Both the position numbers and the translations under genes were made by a program. DNA of 64,000 nt, taken from positions 744,001 to 808,000 of the forward strand of contig BCGN01000001.1 in assembly GCA_001599295.1 (NCBI GenBank), read 5' to 3'. The notes beneath the pieces are model-generated. The model was not told the DNA's origin. It ran no database searches and saw nothing but the letters and a program-made list of their open reading frames with translations. The stretch comes from Sporopachydermia quercuum. Lineage: Eukaryota. This document shows, piece by piece, positions 62,317 through 64,000 of this stretch; the first letter of the stretch is position 1, and each line of letters starts with the position of its first letter.

Positions 62317-62823
62317 GTGCACTAACAATTTTGTAGCAGAATATAGTTGGGTGTTTTCTCTTAATAAATCAAATCATTGTAATGATAAAATACTGTAAGC
62401 TGTAGACGGCTTTTGTTAAGAAGTTCGAACTCGGACTCGGACTCGGTTCTTAGGGGGTAGCAATGCTTTTCAAATCATGTGAATCATACATAGGTAGAAG
62501 GATGGATTAGGTATGAGATTGATGATCAGTGGCCTGTATCATCTTACCTATCTCTAGTAAAGAAAGTATTTTATAAATCACAAGATGAATCATTGTACGA
62601 ATACATTTGAAACATTTTCTTAGGGAAAGCTAACAGTTTAATCTACTGTGTTATCACTCGCATGATAACAATTACGAACAAACTAGATAACAGTGTATGA
62701 CCATAAACATAGGAGCTACTACGAAATACAATCTTCGCATTGAAGAATGTTGCAAGGTACAGTTGATAAGTTTGAAAAAAGAATTAAAGTATTATTATTC
62801 CAGGCAATCATACCCTAAGTAAC

Positions 62824-63248
62824 CTAGTCAAACAATCCGAATCCCATGTCATCGTCAGATTCTTCCTTTTCTTCTTCCTTTTCTTCTTCAGCAGCGGCTT
62901 CTTCAGTAGCAGCACCACCGGCAGCGGCAGCAGCACCACCAACGGCAGCAGCAGGAGCACCAGAAGAGATGTTGAATAACAAATCCTTAATGTCCTTTCC
63001 AGCTAAAGCCTTGGCGAAAAGGTCAAACCAAATCTAATTGTATGTTAGTATACAAGTAGTAGAACACTATAACCAAACATCACCCAATTGACCTTCAATT
63101 TGGATGGCAGTTAGTATTAAAGAAAACTTACACCTTCGATTTGGAAACCAGCTGCCTTGGTTAAGGTAGCGAGCTTTTCGGAAGTAATTTCAACCTCAGC
63201 ATCAGCAAGGATGAGAGCGGCGTAAGAAATAGCAGTTTCGTTAGACAT
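62824..63248 (-). CDS. RPP1: Acidic ribosomal stalk protein P1
   Basis: Exon 1 63248-63132, intron 63131-63034. [32 protein letters not shown]. Confidence 0.97.
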
Positions 63249-63556
63249 TTTAAAAACTAGAATAATCAATTTAAGCCGATGGTAGCAGACTATCCTTTCT
63301 TGACAATTTACAATATCCAAATTTCTGAAAATAGTACCTCTCTTGATGTATATCCTGTATATCTGTATATAGTGTTAGAGGGTGGAAGAAAGTATTGAAC
63401 TATGGTGTTGGTTCCAAACACCCCGATTCCCTGAGAATGGATTTCCTTCCCAAATTGAAAATTTTCCTTTTTGAGATTATATTTTCATGTTTGTTTGAAA
63501 TCGATACATGTAAAATATCAATGAAGTTGGCTTCCGCATTGCCCAATTAGAAAAAG

Positions 63557-63564
63557 CAGTCACA
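63557..63564. promoter_or_regulatory. Homol-D box CAGTCACA upstream of RPP1
   Basis: Exact match to the fungal RP-gene Homol-D element, ~310 bp upstream of the ATG. Confidence 0.55.
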
Positions 63565-64000
63565 ATAGATTGTGAAAGAGGGTGAGACCCAGGGATATCA
63601 CCATATCAGAGAACTATACTTCTTGTCTCAATCAATTATTCGTAAATTTCCAAAGGAAGAAACAATAATTGATTCCTTCTCTCTTTTCAAATGTGGAGGG
63701 AATAGTGTTGGTGAATGATGCAATGTGACAATGCATACTTCGTTCATGATGTGAGAACTGCAAGATAAGTGTGGAAATATTATATATTATAACAACAGAA
63801 ATTATCAGAATACTTATAGATATATCAGGAATATGTTGCAGAGTTGAGAGTTCATATATAAACTATGGCGAAAATAGTAAAAGTATTGAATATCGTGATG
63901 ATGCAGAATTGAAAAGGCAATTTGCTTTAAGCGATAAATTGAAGGAACATATATATAGTACAAACTTTCAGAAGACAATATTTGTTCATCTGTCACTTTG

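Noticed and set aside
62428..62446. actcgg x3 microrepeat between RPL13 and RPP1
   Set aside because: Short slippage repeat with no spacers or other structure; not CRISPR-like.

Overview
AT-rich, intron-rich budding-yeast (Saccharomycotina-like) nuclear DNA. It uses the standard code (CTG sits at conserved Leu positions in SLC1, ATG5 and TRM140) and encodes a respiratory complex I subunit. The window opens with a ~10 kb gene-free tract holding decayed ORF remnants, followed by about 30 protein genes: CUP9/TOS8-type homeobox, GSH1, SLC1, SEC59, COG4, YTH1, ATG5, TRM140, BUD27, RBL2, GPN2, OPY2, ADH, PEA2-like, TIF34, SERF, BUG1, MRPS8, a UMP-CMP kinase, SNU23, TPP1, RPL9, ESSS, RPS16, RPL13, RPP1 and two hypotheticals. 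I resolved 20 spliceosomal introns by hand. Four signals stand out. (1) A decayed two-gene PIF/Harbinger-type DNA transposon (transposase plus convergent Myb/SANT-like ORF) at ~11.6-13.7 kb, which the ORF track does not reveal. (2) An intact UMP-CMP kinase with an Aim36-like presequence/TM N-terminus at the syntenic position of S. cerevisiae AIM36, suggesting Aim36 is a degenerate nucleotide kinase. (3) Frequent AAG 3' splice sites. (4) An RPP1 intron with a second perfect branchpoint. All family assignments are motif recognition from memory; no database search was run.
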